Shown piece by piece: positions 23,867-36,648 of a stretch of DNA of 64,000 bases; the first letter of the stretch is position 1; the number at the start of each line of letters is the position of its first letter. Under the pieces are notes generated by a model. The model did no database searches. It saw only the letters and a program-made list of their open reading frames with translations, and was not told where the DNA came from. The stretch is from Oikopleura dioica (lineage: Eukaryota > Animalia > Chordata). A program made the translations under genes and the position numbers. The stretch lies in the NCBI GenBank assembly GCA_907165135.1, contig OU015570.1, positions 372,001-436,000 on the forward strand. Direction: 5' to 3'.

Positions 23867-26430
23867 CTTTTTATTTGATTAAAATCGTAAAATCATTAAT
23901 TTATTAATTATGTGTAAAAATAAATCGAATTTAATAAAAGCCATTCCAAGACATCGTAATTGGAAGCATTTTTTTTTCTCTTTCTCTCTCTTTTCCTTCG
24001 AGAAAAGGGTTATTCGACCCTTCCTCAAGACTCATGATAGCAAAATTCGAATTCAGTAGCTTTTAAATCGCGTTTTGAAAGACTGAATCGAAGAAAAACC
24101 TATAAAAGGGGACCTGGAATCATCTTTACCTTTCATCCCTTTTCCGCGAATCAGGAGCTTCCGTAAGAACAACCCACTTTTTAGAATTCAAATAAAATGT
24201 ATTATCATTATTAACAAATGAATTGAAATACAGTGTTGATAAGGATTTGATAGCAATGATAAGTGTTTCCAGCGGTGAATTTGGCAAGCGGGCGAACAGC
24301 GCCGCCACGCGGCTGCGCGCTGTTACGTAATCGCCGCGCCGCCGCAATTTGTTTTTCTCTCTCGACAGTTTTTTGCATTTTTCTCGGATTTTTCTTCTTA
24401 CGCGGTTAAATTTTTTGCAGAAATGGATTTTTCACATGAAAAGTCCAGAATCCTTCGTCGTTTTTAATTTTGAATTTTAGGGGCTTGACGGCCTTTCGGG
24501 CCGCTTCAGCCCCGTTCCATGATCTTTTAATTTAAGGGGCCTGACGGCCCTTTGGGCCGCTTCAGCCCCGTTCCTTGAATTATTTATTTTTTTGGCTTGA
24601 CGGCTCTTCGGGCCGTTTCCGCCCCGCTCCTTAATTTTTGAATTGAAGGGGCTTGACGGCCCGTCGGGCCGTTACAGCCCCGTTTCTTGATTTTTAAATT
24701 TAAGGGGCTTAACGGCCCTACGGGCCGCTTCAGTCCCGAACCTTGATTCTTTTAATTTTAGGGGCTTTACGGCCCTTCGGGCCGCTTCAGCCCCGTTCCT
24801 TGATCCTTTTTATTTTAGGGGCCTGACGGCCCTTCTGGCCGCTTCAGCCCCGTTCCTTGATCACTTTTATTTAAGGAGCCTGACGGCTCTTCGGGCCGCT
24901 TCAGCCCCGTTCCTTGATTTATGAATTTCAGGGGCTTGACGGCTCTTCGGGCCGTTTCCGCCCCGTTTCTTGATTTTTGAATTTAAGGGGCTTGACGGCC
25001 CTACGGGCGGGAAAACCTGAAATTGTCAACAAGGCCATCAAGGCCATCACGGCCATCAGGGCCATCGAGGCCATCAAGACATTTTTTGAAGTCAACAAAA
25101 GTCCCCATAACCTGAATTTGTTAACGAGGCCATCAAGGCCATCAATTCTAGAAAGTTGCTTCTGGGGTTTCCTATAAGACAGGCGCGGAGCGCACACCCG
25201 CTTTATCTGCTTTCTGATCGTCGATTTTTGCTTCAGAAGTACTAAAATTGATCGGCTTCCTAAGCAGTGTCTTTTTCAGCAGCGGAAGCAATTTTTCATT
25301 CAAATTTTGAGTTAATAATTCAGCTACGGAGTTTAATCTGAAAACAAGAACGTTTCTAGAACCATGCTTATAAAAACAATAACAACCAAATCTACAAAAC
25401 TTCTGAAAACCTGAAATTGGGAATTGATGGCCTTGATGGCCATGCTGGCCGTGATGGCCTTGATGGCCTTGTTGACAATTTCAGGTTCGTCCCTACGGGC
25501 CGCTTCAGCCCCGTACCTCGATTCTTTTTATTTTAGGGGCTTGACGGCGTTCGGTCCGCTTCAGCCCCGTTCCTTGATCCTTTTTATTTTAGGGCCTGAC
25601 GGCCCTTCGGGCCGCTTCAGCCCCGTTCCTTGAATTATTAATTTTTTGGCTTGACGGCTCTTCGGGCCGCTTCAGCCCCGTTCCTTTATTTTTGAATTTA
25701 AGGGGCTTGATGGCCCTTCGGGGCGCTTCGGCCTCGTTCCCGGATTTTTAAAATAAACCGCTTGTCCGACGTTTGCGAGCTCTGGGCCTGTTTCTTCTTT
25801 ACGCGACGGATGTGCTCTACAATATTGACTGCGGATTGCAGCGGCTTCTCACGCAGAAAAAATGATCGCCCAGAAGTGACTCGGATCTTGAAAATCTCAC
25901 TTCTCTGTCGAATGAGGCCCTTCTTTCCAGCTGACCAGGCCTGATGCTAAGATCTGATGAGGAGTGTTTTAATGAATCGTGCATTGAAAGAAGTCAAAGA
26001 AGTCAAAGAGCGAGTATGCGCTTCGCGCCTGATTTTAGGAAATTCAAGGAGTGGTTAAAAACATCTGGTTTGCTTCTAGAATGTTGCCGTTGTTGCCCAA
26101 CTCAGGTTATTCGAAAATATAGATTATTTTTATTCGGCCCTGTTGCCGTTGTTGCCGTTGTTGCCGTGGTTGCCTAACTCAGGTTGTTCGGGATAAACTG
26201 TCGCTCCACTGTCGTGGTTCTTGGTTCGAGTTGATACAGAGTAATAAATAAAGTGTTTTTTTCAAAAAAGGAGTATAAAATGAAGCCTCGTCGTGTTGTG
26301 TGCGCGCTCTATTCGACTGTGAATCTTCTGTTGATGAAGGACGAGGGTTACGAATGTTCTGGTTAAAAATAGGATTAAACGGAGGCTGCTGCGCGTCGTT
26401 ATGCTTTGGTGGGGTGACCCTCCGAATCCC

Positions 26431-27957
26431 GATGGCACTCGATGTACCGCATCTGCGGATGTACCGCATCGACGGATGTACCGCATCGGCGGATGTACCG
26501 CGCTTGCGGTAGGTCAGCCGATGCTGTACATCGGCCAATGCGGTACATCGATCGCTTTTGCAAAAATGCGGTACGTCGATCGTTTTTTGCCGAAATATTT
26601 CTAGAACGGGTTTTTGGCTAGTGAGGATGCGGTACGTCGATTGTTTTCACTCATAATGCGGTACATCGATCGTTTTTGTGAAAATGCGGTACATCGGTCG
26701 CTTTTCGCCTTCAAAAAGTGATAAAAGCTTTCGACTCTTGGTTATGAATTCCTCGTCGACCCCTGTCAGCCGAAGATTACGGCCCAAAATTTTAAAGCTG
26801 TAAAGAAACTTTTGAAGACTGAAACAAAATGATCATCTAAGGTCATTTCTTGTTCAGAAATATTTCTATTATAAGTCATTTACTATTATAAGTATATTCA
26901 ATTTATCCTTCTTGAGGATCTCTCCAAGATAAATTCTATCTGCTGACTAATTGACGAATCTTGAGGAAAGCTCGACAAAAATGTAAAACGACGTTCAGGA
27001 AACCGAGTATATGAGCAATAATTATATTAACAATGTTTTTTTAGGTTGACCCTGACTTTGTCCCAACCGTATTCAAAATCCTTATGTGGTAGCTGGGCTG
27101 CCGTAGCATCTATACATTTTCTGAAAGACTAGATTCTTTTGCGTTGCCTCGACTGGGTATTGTGACCTTGACGAAGTCATATGACCGGGTGTAGGGCGGC
27201 CACGTTCGCAATTTGCGAACGCCGTTCGTAATTTTGCGAACGCCGTTCGCAATATTATTACTATTGATTATAAGGGGTTAGCTGATGCTCTGAGACAAAT
27301 TAAGGGGGTCGAAAAACCCGAGGGTCAACCAAAAAAAGAGTTTTATTAGTAGATTCTGTCTTATATTTTATAAGATAGCGCCTTGGCACATAAGTACAGA
27401 CTGTACTGTACAGTGGGTTGCGCAGGTAGAGCACCCTTTGTGATTGCGGCATTGGTGCACCCTTCGCCCGCACGCTTTACGCTTTATTTTTATCGCTACT
27501 ACCAAAGCTATTTCTGAAGAAGAAATGTCCGATGATGATCATTTTTGTAGTCGAATATTTCACTTTTCAAAAGTTTCTTTACAGCTTTAAAATTTTGGGC
27601 CGTAATCTTCGGCTGACAGGGGGTCGACCAGGAATTCATAACCAAGAGTCGAAAGCTTTTATCACTTTTTGAACGCGAAAAGCGACCGATGTACCGCATT
27701 TTCACAAAAAAACGATCGATGTACCGCATTATGAGTGAAAACGATCGACGTACCGCATCCTCACTAGCCAAAAAGCCCGTTCTAGAAATATTTCGGCAAA
27801 AAACGATCGACGTACCGCATTTTTGCAAAAAAGCGATCGATGTACCGCATTGGCCGATGTACCGCATCGGCCGACCTACCGCAAGCGCGGTACATCCGCC
27901 GATGCGGTACATCCGTCGATGCGGTACATCCGCAGATGCGGTACATCGATTGTCACC
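26431..27957. mobile_element. Nested foldback MULE-like element with ~450-bp TIRs of GATGTACCGCATC repeats
   Basis: 26431-26870 is inverted at 27510-27957; 9-bp TSD CCGAATCCC (26422-26430, 27958-27966) lies inside the outer element's left TIR. Confidence 0.88.
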
Positions 27958-28148
27958 CCGAATCCCTGGGCACCCTCCGAATCCCTGGGTTTTTGGCGAA
28001 AGTCCAGGGATTCGGAGGGTGATGTTCTAGAAAACCGCTACAAATGATCAAAAAACATCTTTTATTTATCATTTTTCAAAATATATCAAAAATTACGCAT
28101 TTTATAAGATAGCTTGTATGTCATATTTGATTAAACACTAACCCTTAA

Positions 28149-28533
28149 GGGGGTAGGTATCAAGAATCGGATTTTCTGTCAGTGTTTTTTCAAATTTTTA
28201 ACATAGTGACCCCCTTATTTTTTCTGCCGAAAATTTACCTTAGGCAATTATCTATTTCCTATGGAAGTCAAAAATTCAGATTTCTTGAGCTTTCGAGGTG
28301 CTACAATGCAAATCGGGCACCTCCGATTGTAACCAAAATGACCATTCTAGGAAAGTTAGCGATCTTTGACGAAAAAATTCTGTTAAAAAATATTTTGAAA
28401 TTCGAATTTTCAACTTCCATAGGAAATAGAGAAACGTCTAAAAAAATTGTTTCCAAAGAAAAATAAGGGTGTGACAATTTTAACTTTTGGCGGAAAGTCT
28501 GACAGAAAATGACGATTCTTGATATCTACCTCC
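28149..28533. mobile_element. TTAA-target MITE (Kolobok-like) nested in the composite
   Basis: TTAA|GGGGGTAGGTATCAAGAATCG..CGATTCTTGATATCTACCTCC|TTAA. Confidence 0.8.
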
Positions 28534-29414
28534 TTAAAAGAAGAAAATTGAATGAAAGCAAAAAGTATTTTTCCAACCCACATTTTTTTCAAAATAATTA
28601 TCAGACGATATAATGAAGATTTTAAGGCTTAAAAATCATTTCAATTTCATCAATAGTATATGCTCACAATTTGTGAGTCACCAATATTACATTTAGAACG
28701 TTTAATAAGTATGCTAAAGTTGTTTTGCTTTCAACCCTAACAAATTTTTAGAGAAAACTAATCAATGAATCTGATTTAAAACAGCTAAAAGCTTTTTCTA
28801 GAACATTTTGGATTTGACCCTCCGAATCCCTGGGTTTTTGATTTTGCCCAGGGATTGGGAGGGTACCCGCTTTGGTGGTGGAACTGAACCGCCGGAAAGT
28901 TGATGGAATTTTGATTTTTTCTTGAATCTGTAGCAAGGATCTTCAGGGCCACGACCAACAAAGCTATGCTTCACACCAAGCTTGATCTTTTTCGATTCCG
29001 TGTTTGGCTCAAAAAGCGTCATTTCCGACAATCATCTGAGATAGGCGAGTTTATTCTCATTACTCTGCTCCATTTCAGGAATTTTCGTCAGAAAAACATA
29101 GATCGCTCCGGAATTACTAAGTGCATCAATGAGCGCGCCATTTTTCGACCATTAGATGGCCCTTAATCCGCCGGAAAATTCATTCTAGACGTTTATCTTT
29201 GCATTAAAAGTGGCATAGCCGGTTTTTCTTTATCATACTTCTTTATTTAATTCAATAGATCTTTTGTACAGTCAATGACTTATAATACTAAGATAATAAT
29301 CGCCAAGAGTTTGTAATTTTTCAATGTATCTTCTTGGGAAATTGCAGCTTAATTCAAAGAGGCCGTGTTTTACATGTAAAAGTGCACAAGTAGCAAGTAA
29401 GCGCCAGCCGAATT

Positions 29415-29711
29415 TTATCCGAGATTCTGTTGACCTTCTCTGCTTGTGATGAATTCGTTGTCGGGGTCGAACGGATCGAATTCATCTCTGTAGGCAGCAT
29501 CGTCGTCAACTCCATCGACGTCCAAATCAGCATCGACGCGGTAGCCAGCCATGAAACCTGAATTTATGATTTAGAATTTATAGTCGAAATTAATAACAAG
29601 GCTTCAATCAAAAAGACTTACCAGCAAATCCAACTGCTAAAATAACGAGAGCTGCAATGAAGCCAATAACAATTATGCAGCAAATTATTTGCTTGAGATT
29701 GTCTTTTTTGG
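29415..29711 (-). CDS. Small membrane protein gene, copy 3
   Basis: Same sequence as 20191-20487 at offset +9224. Confidence 0.6.
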
Positions 29712-29970
29712 CTTTTTATTTGATTAAAATCGTAAAATCATTAATTTATTAATTATGTGTAAAAATAAATCGAATTTAATAAAAGCCATTCCAAGACATC
29801 GTAATTGGAAGCATTTTTTTTTCTCTTTCTCTCTCTTTTCCTTCGAGAAAAGGGTTATTCGACCCTTCCTCAAGACTCATGATAGCAAAATTCGAATTCA
29901 GTAGCTTTTAAATCGCGTTTTGAAAGACTGAATCGAAGAAAAACCTATAAAAGGGGACCTGGAATCATCT

Positions 29971-31450
29971 TTACCTTTCATCCCTTTTCCGCGAATCAGG
30001 AGCTTCCGTAAGAACAACCCACTTTTTAGAATTCAAATAAAATGTATTATCATTATTAACAAATGAATTGAAATACAGTGTTGATAAGGATTTGATAGCA
30101 ATGATAAGTGTTTCCAGCGGTGAATTTGGCAAGCGGGCGAACAGCGCCGCCACGCGGCTGCGCGCTGTTACGTAATCGCCGCGCCGCCGCAATTTGTTTT
30201 TCTCTCTCGACAGTTTTTTGCATTTTTCTCGGATTTTTCTTCTTACGCGGTTAAATTTTTTTGCAGAAATGGATTTTTCACATGAAAAGTCCAGAATCCT
30301 TCGTCTAGGATGTCCGCGTGGTCCAGCATTTCCCACTCGTTGAACCAGTCTTCTGAGCGCAGCTTGTTTCGACGCTTGAAGTCCTCTAAGACTGAGGTTG
30401 GAAAGAGGCGATTAGCTTCGTCTGGGTCCGCAGGTGTTAGGAAACTGAAGTCGTTACCCGAATAATCTTCCGGTGGAAGTCTTTTGGCTACGATTCTCAG
30501 GGCATTACCCCTCTTACCTTCTGGTCTTGCATTGGCGTCGAAATCTGCTATAGATTTGAAGCCAAAGTGATTCCTTGCCCTGTAATGGTTTTGCAACCTA
30601 TGCAAATAAGTGAACACAAGAGAAATATACAGACAACTGAGCAAAGTTGGCTGTGTATAAAAAGAGTAAGGTTTTTGAGCTTTTTATTTGATCTATTCTC
30701 TGAGCGAGCAAAAGTGAGAATGACTGTGAGAGAGATGGTGAGCCGTTTTTATAGTTTTTCAAATTTTCGGGTTCCCAGTAGATTAATCGGCTATTATTCG
30801 ATCGTATCATTTTCATTGGATTAATTGAACATGAACGTAATAATTTGTCACCAACGGATTTTGTCACTTGGAAAAGGAATAATTCCATTTTAGCGGATTA
30901 ATCGGATTTCGAGCATCAGAACGTGAGAATAATTTGAAGAGAGGTGTTTTAAAACGGATTATTTGGTTTTTCAGGAAGGGCGCGCGTTTAAGAGTCGATT
31001 ATTTTGCCAGCGCTAGTGCGCCATCATTTTCACTTACGCGCCGTGCTCGCGTGGCAAGCTTTGCTTTGCCCCGCGGCGTGATCGTAATTAGAGCAATTCT
31101 GTAAAACCACTACAGCCCGACGTTGAGCAGAATATGATCTTGGCCCATGACGCTAGCTCTTCAAATTGACGCTTCGTCTTTTCGGGCGTTTTGGGATTCA
31201 AGGCCAGGTTGTGGTCGGCCAAAAGGCTGTGGACGTCCGAGAGAACTGCGAGTCTAATGATTTTCGAATCGGGTTCTTCTTGGAGCATGATTGTTCTTGA
31301 GATTCGTGTCCAATCGATCATTGCGTTTAGGATGAGATCATTTCTATGAGGCTAATCACGTTTCCTTTTTAACTCTTTTTAGCTTGTAGACATCAAGTTG
31401 ATCTAACCCAAAATGATCGTCTTCACGAGTTCTTGGCGGGATCTTGTAAT
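29971..31450 (-). pseudogene. Uncharacterised spliced coding remnant; its 3' part is duplicated at the end of each tandem copy
   Basis: Coding-like stretches at 31088-31450 and 30243-30611 (acceptor ..TTTGCATAG|), donor GTAAGT near 31035, continuing in a shifted frame to 29971. One in-frame stop. No recognisable family. Confidence 0.3.
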
Positions 31451-33502
31451 CATCCTTTTTTCGCTACTTTTACTTTAAGTAAAGAAAGGAAAGTAGAGGG
31501 ACTTGAGTTATGTGCCAGGGCGCTAAAAAAGGTAAGGAAAAACTCAAAAATGCTTATTAGTAATAAGTAGGGGGTGCACAGTGGGATAATGACCAGAATC
31601 GAAAGTATTTTTAATAGGCTTGAAATTTTTTAGTAAGTAGAACACCTTCCTAGGATCATTTTTCATAATTACAAGAATTCAAAAAAAAAAATCATCTTCA
31701 CCGAAAAAATCGCGAATTCTCCCAAAATTTTTGTTTTTTTTTCTGATTTTTCCAAAACGGGGGCCAACGGGGGACTAGATAAAACTAGATTTGGATAGAG
31801 CAGCTCAAGAGCTTATTGGGTTTTGCATACTCGCTTATACTTCCATAAGGCATATTCTAGCGCTTGCGCTAGAACTGACACTCATCGCTCATCCATTTAT
31901 GGGTGAGCGCACACTCACATGCATAGTTCTATCAAATACCTCCCGCTCCACCAATTTCCCATGTGGCACTTGCTTGACCGGTCACTAATTGGTCTCTCTC
32001 TACTGCCCCTCATTTCTGTACCTCAGGACTTGATTCTACAATAAACCACGCATTAATTAATTCGCGGCTTCCCGTCGCCGTTTTCTAACTTAGCGTCAAC
32101 GGGTTACAAAACCCATTAAGCTTACAAATCATACCCGAATTGTATTGTGCACTTTTGTGCAAAAAATTCTGGAGCCGATTTTCTGTCAAAACCCTTCACT
32201 TTTCGGCCAAGTGAGGTGTTCGAGTCCCGACGATGACATTTTTTTTTCATTACCGTTTTCCACTCTAAATAATTAGAACTGATCATGTGATCCAGCGTGA
32301 GTCATAAATTGTCCTCCAGAGGACTTCGCTGGTTGAAGAATCCTCCTGGAAGAGGAAAAAATAATTATAATTATTTATTAAATAAGTCTCAGCCCCGTCC
32401 ATGGCTTTTTATTTAAAATGGGCTTGACATAGGCCGTGGCCCTTGGATTTTTGATTTGGTTGATAATTTTTTTAGTTCTGTCCCCAACCCCACCCACTCC
32501 CTATTTTGTTTAATCCTTACTTTTCAAATTTGATTCAGTTTTATGGTTATTATTTTCTTCGAGAAAATGCTTAAAACTTATTTTGACGGTAAAATTCAAT
32601 TTTTTCGTTTTCTTTTTTTTTCTGCTCTTATGGCTTAGGATGGATCCGGATGAGATTTTTATGATAAAATTCATGATCAGTGATCCTCAGCGATCAAATC
32701 TATGCAAAAAAACCCTAGTTTAATCGAGTTTCAGAAAAATCATATTTTGCCCTCAACTGACCTCACGTGACCTCTGATGACCCCAAGTCACATGTTAAAA
32801 TGATCAGTGAATCATGGGTTTACCATCGATGTATCATTCAAAAATTAACCGCTTTTGAGTTTTTATTCGGATGTCTACAGAGAGGTTCTCTCAGCTCACA
32901 TTTCAAATTCAGGTCAAACAGATAACTACCATGGGAAAAACAGTAGGTTTAAGTCGCCTTGGTCCAATGATGGTTTCGAAATTAACCGCCTTAAAATAAT
33001 GATTATCGCCGGGGAATCTTGATTATTGCTGATGCCATGCAAGTAAAAAAAATATGTGAGATTTTCACTTCATCAATGCATTCACCACCAGTTGAGCTCG
33101 TGACACCCCGAAAATATACGGCCCGTAGAGGCGTTACAGGTTTGGTTCTTTTTGAAAATTGATCTCTTCCCTTTCACCTTTTTCTTTCAAAAATAATTTG
33201 GGTTAGAGAACTCCTCACACAACTGAACTGTTTCTTAAAATCATTTTTATTATTCTGTTAAACGATCCAAAACAAAGGTGATGAGGTGAGCGCTGAAACA
33301 AGACAGACAATAGCAACGAAAACGATAAGCAAAACAATGATTCAGCGTTCAGCAGCAGGGTTGCTTATTTTAGGATCTTCATTTACCAACACGGGTTTTT
33401 AAGAAAATATAGCTTTAGTTCTGACAGTTTATAGAAGGATCTTTGTGGGCGCCTTCTTAAATTAAAAAACATTAAGATTTTCGTTTTGATGATTGAAATT
33501 TA

Positions 33503-33545
33503 TTTGGGACGCGTTTCGGCCTCAAGGGGCCTTCGTCAGCCCTAA
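33503..33545 (-). ncRNA. Minimal type-I hammerhead ribozyme in the inverted pLTR
   Basis: Reverse complement reads TTAGGG-CTGACGA-A-GGCC-CCTTGA-GGCC-GAAA-CGCGTC-CCAAA. Confidence 0.8.
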
Positions 33546-35206
33546 GTACAGATTTAAATGAAAGTTCAAAAAACAGGAAAATCAGTCTCTCACCTAGAGT
33601 GGACAATTTCGAATGAAAGCAAAGATTGAAAAAATCAAACACATAATTCGCTTTCGCGGGCAGATGTAATGGAGCGCCAGAAGAAAGCGAATTACCTGGA
33701 AGCGCCCGGTACCAATTGAGCAGAAAAGTGGAGTGGTGTCGTGAAAATCGACACTTATATCGAAAATTATTTCTTTGATAGGCAATGATGGAAACATTGC
33801 CTTTATGTCCAGGGAAATAACTGTATGTTTGTCTAAATCAATCTTATCACGAATTTTAATAAAACTCTCTTTTAGCTCCGCAGTATTCTTTAGATTGTAC
33901 TTGACATCATCTCTTAGCTTTTGTAAAATTGGCTGTAAGAAAATTTCCGTACCCTCAGCAATAGATCCCCTTGTCCCAATAGTCATCCTGCTTGGTTGAC
34001 CAAACTTGTGGGTTTTAGTCAAAGAATATGCTCTTTTGATGACATGTTTCGGAGTTTCCGGCAAGATCCGATTTTCAAAATTTAGTAGATACTGTTCTTT
34101 TCAAGCTTACAAGTTTTAGCACGCCAGATGGATTTTAAGACAAAAAGATGGATCAACTATGGGGTCGAAACTTTCCCCTATTTTGGCAGACATTTTTATG
34201 CACATTTTAGAGACCCCGTTTTTCGACCAACTGATGAGAGAAGGTAGAGCTATTTTTATCCGTGGATGACTGTGCTCTTATAGTGCAGAAATCCGATATC
34301 CATTATATTTTTGAGAAAGCTAAAAGTCTTCACAAAAATATTCAATTAACTAAGGAAGAGATGGTTGATGGTAAAGTTGCATATTTAGACACTGAATTCA
34401 GAATTCATAAGAATGGAATTGAGATGTTTCATTATGAAAAAGAATCTTCGAAGGATTTCCTTCCCAATTTTTGCACAAATGTTGCTCCTAAGTCTCAGAA
34501 GATCAGTCTTCTAGTTGGGCATCTTCATAGGGTGAAAAATGCTTCATCCTGTGAAGAGGCCAAAATTGAAGGTTTCCGAAAAGCCAAGAGGAAGTTCATT
34601 CTCAATGGATATCCTCCAGGTTTGGTTGATGATAAAATAAAACTCCTTGATAAGCCGAAAATGAAACCAAAGTGGAAGGGGAAATAATTCATAATTTTTG
34701 CACAAAGTTTTACTGGTCCCCGATGCGACAGTATTGATGGCGAAATGCGGTCTATTCTGAAAAAAGTTACCCCAAAGTTTTTCTGAGACTTTGTTGGAAA
34801 ACAGTAAGAATAGAACAATTTTTGCACCCAACCTGGAAGCGCCCGGTGCCAATTGAGCAGAAAAGTGGAGTCGTGTACCATTTCCAATGCCCATGTGGGA
34901 AAACGGATTACCAGGGTGAGACAAAGAGACAGCTTGGAACGAGAATCAGAGAACATTTTGAGCCACGTTATCGTAGTCCTATGTTTTTCCACCCATTGAA
35001 GTGTCCGAAATTCAGAGAGGAATTTGATTAATAGTACCTTAGTGAGCCAGACACTCCAAAATACAAGCCTACTACATCGAGAGCGTTGATCAAAACCAAA
35101 TTCTGTTTTAAGAAAAACTGTATTACTGTTATCTCCAATCAACCGTACTATAAAGACCGTGTCCTTTGTGAAGCGTTTTTGATCAAGTAAAACGATCCTT
35201 GCTTAA

Positions 35207-35878
35207 GGGTACGGTTGTCGGCGAGGCTCATACTAGGGCTAAATTCCTCGTGATATAGAAGTGGTGGACAAAATTCGTCTACATCAGTGCAAAGATCTAT
35301 TCTAGTTCTACATTTTGTCAAGAGGAAATTGGGATTTATAAAGATTTTTTGTTTTAAAAATTGGCTCGAAGTCGTGATCTCGACAAAAATGGTGAAAATG
35401 GGCCTAAAAGAGGCTTCAATTCCGAAGAAATGAGCCTGTAAACATACCTTATTTATATTTTTATGTGAAAATTCAGACTCTTATCTTAATTTTGTCAAGA
35501 GATTTTTGAGATTGAATAACATTTCGTATGGAATTTAATTTTTTGAAAAAACTATCCTTGTTATTACACCGAAAATTAGCATTTTATGAAACTGAGCGAC
35601 ACATTTTCGGCTCTAAAAATGTTTTGAGACAGATTCACGGAAAACCGAGAATATCATGATGATTCTCATTCTCTAAGCTTTCTAAAAGCCCCAGATGAAA
35701 AAATCTGAGCCGAAAAATTTTTTCGATAATTTTTTACGAGAGCATAACTCGTAAAATAACATTGATAGCAGCTAACAATTAATTATGACTCGAGCTTAAA
35801 TTTTTTGTAGAGTTCGATTAAAAACTTTTTTATCCACATTATATTATTACGGGCGATAGAAAGCCGACACCCGTACCC
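35207..35878. mobile_element. TTAA-target MITE (Kolobok-like)
   Basis: TTAA|GGGTACGGTTGTCGGC..GCCGACACCCGTACCC|TTAA. Confidence 0.82.
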
Positions 35879-35882
35879 TTAA

Positions 35883-36447
35883 GGGTAAAACATGAAATCG
35901 GCGCGGCGCGGCCGCCCGTTCAGCGCCCCGCCGTGACCTTTTTCAGAGGCCCGTCAAATCTGAACGGAGAGAGTATTTTTCATAATTCTTATTGCGTTAA
36001 GATTATCAAAGCCTGCACTATCATCAGGACAATTTTGAAAATAAGTATGAGCGTAGAAGTATGTAAAAATGGGATGACTTGCTCAAAGTCTATCTCCTCC
36101 CACAATTTTCGTCCGATGTTTCCCAAATTAAAACCATTTTGTAGAGCTCCGTCTACTCTACGAATTCGTAGACTAGCTTTTAAATTAAAATTTTATAAAT
36201 TTTTAGACGGAGCTTGGAAATGAGCGCTCCCTCGAAAAAGGCATTAGCAGCAGCGCAGCGCGTGAAAAAGCTTCTACGCTCATACTTCTTTTCAAAATTG
36301 TCTTGATGTAAGTGCAGGCTTTGATAATCTTAACGCAAGAAGAATTATGAAAATACTCTCTCCGCTCAGATTTGACGGGCCTCTGAAAAATAGGTCACGG
36401 CGGGGCGCTGAACGGCGGCCGCGCCGCGCCGATTTCATGTTTTACCC
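35883..36447. mobile_element. TTAA-target foldback MITE (Kolobok-like) sharing a TTAA with the previous element; partial copy at ~59950-60180
   Basis: TTAA|GGGTAAAACATGAAATCGGCGCGGCGCGGCCGCC.. long TIR ..ATTTCATGTTTTACCC|TTAA. Confidence 0.88.
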
Positions 36448-36648
36448 TTAAATAAGCAGATCAAATTCGCAGAAGGTAAATTTCTGTAATGGAGCATTTG
36501 TAATTTGCTTTCTTCTGGCGCTCCATACCATCTGCCCGCGAAAGCGAATTATGTTTTTGTGTTTTCAATCTTTGCCTTTATTCGAAATTGTCCACTCTAG
36601 GTGAGAGACTGATTTTCCTGTTTTTTGAACTTTCATTCAAATCTGTAC

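Larger units (their letters stand above)
26412..28868. mobile_element. Composite non-autonomous MULE-like element (outer)
   Basis: Ends GGGTGACCCTCCGAATCCC / GGGATTGGGAGGGTACCC; 9-bp TSD GCTTTGGTG (26403-26411, 28869-28877); the empty site is present in copies 1 and 2. Confidence 0.88.
17750..30305. repeat. Tandem triplication of a ~3.38-kb module (copies ~17750-21081, 21082-24459, 24460-30305)
   Basis: Identical ORFs recur at offsets of 3377-3381 (e.g. 19186/22567/25944). Junctions read AATCCTTCGTC|GTTTTTAATTTTG at 21081 and 24459; the last copy runs into unique sequence at 30305. Confidence 0.95.

Noticed and set aside
31790-32107. Solo LTR (AATAAA near 32040, ends in ..TTACA)
   Set aside because: No TG start, TSD or second copy could be identified.
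32205-32250. tRNA or SINE (GGCCAAGTG..GTTCGAGTCCC..T-run)
   Set aside because: No anticodon arm or 5' acceptor strand; at most a tiny tRNA-derived remnant.
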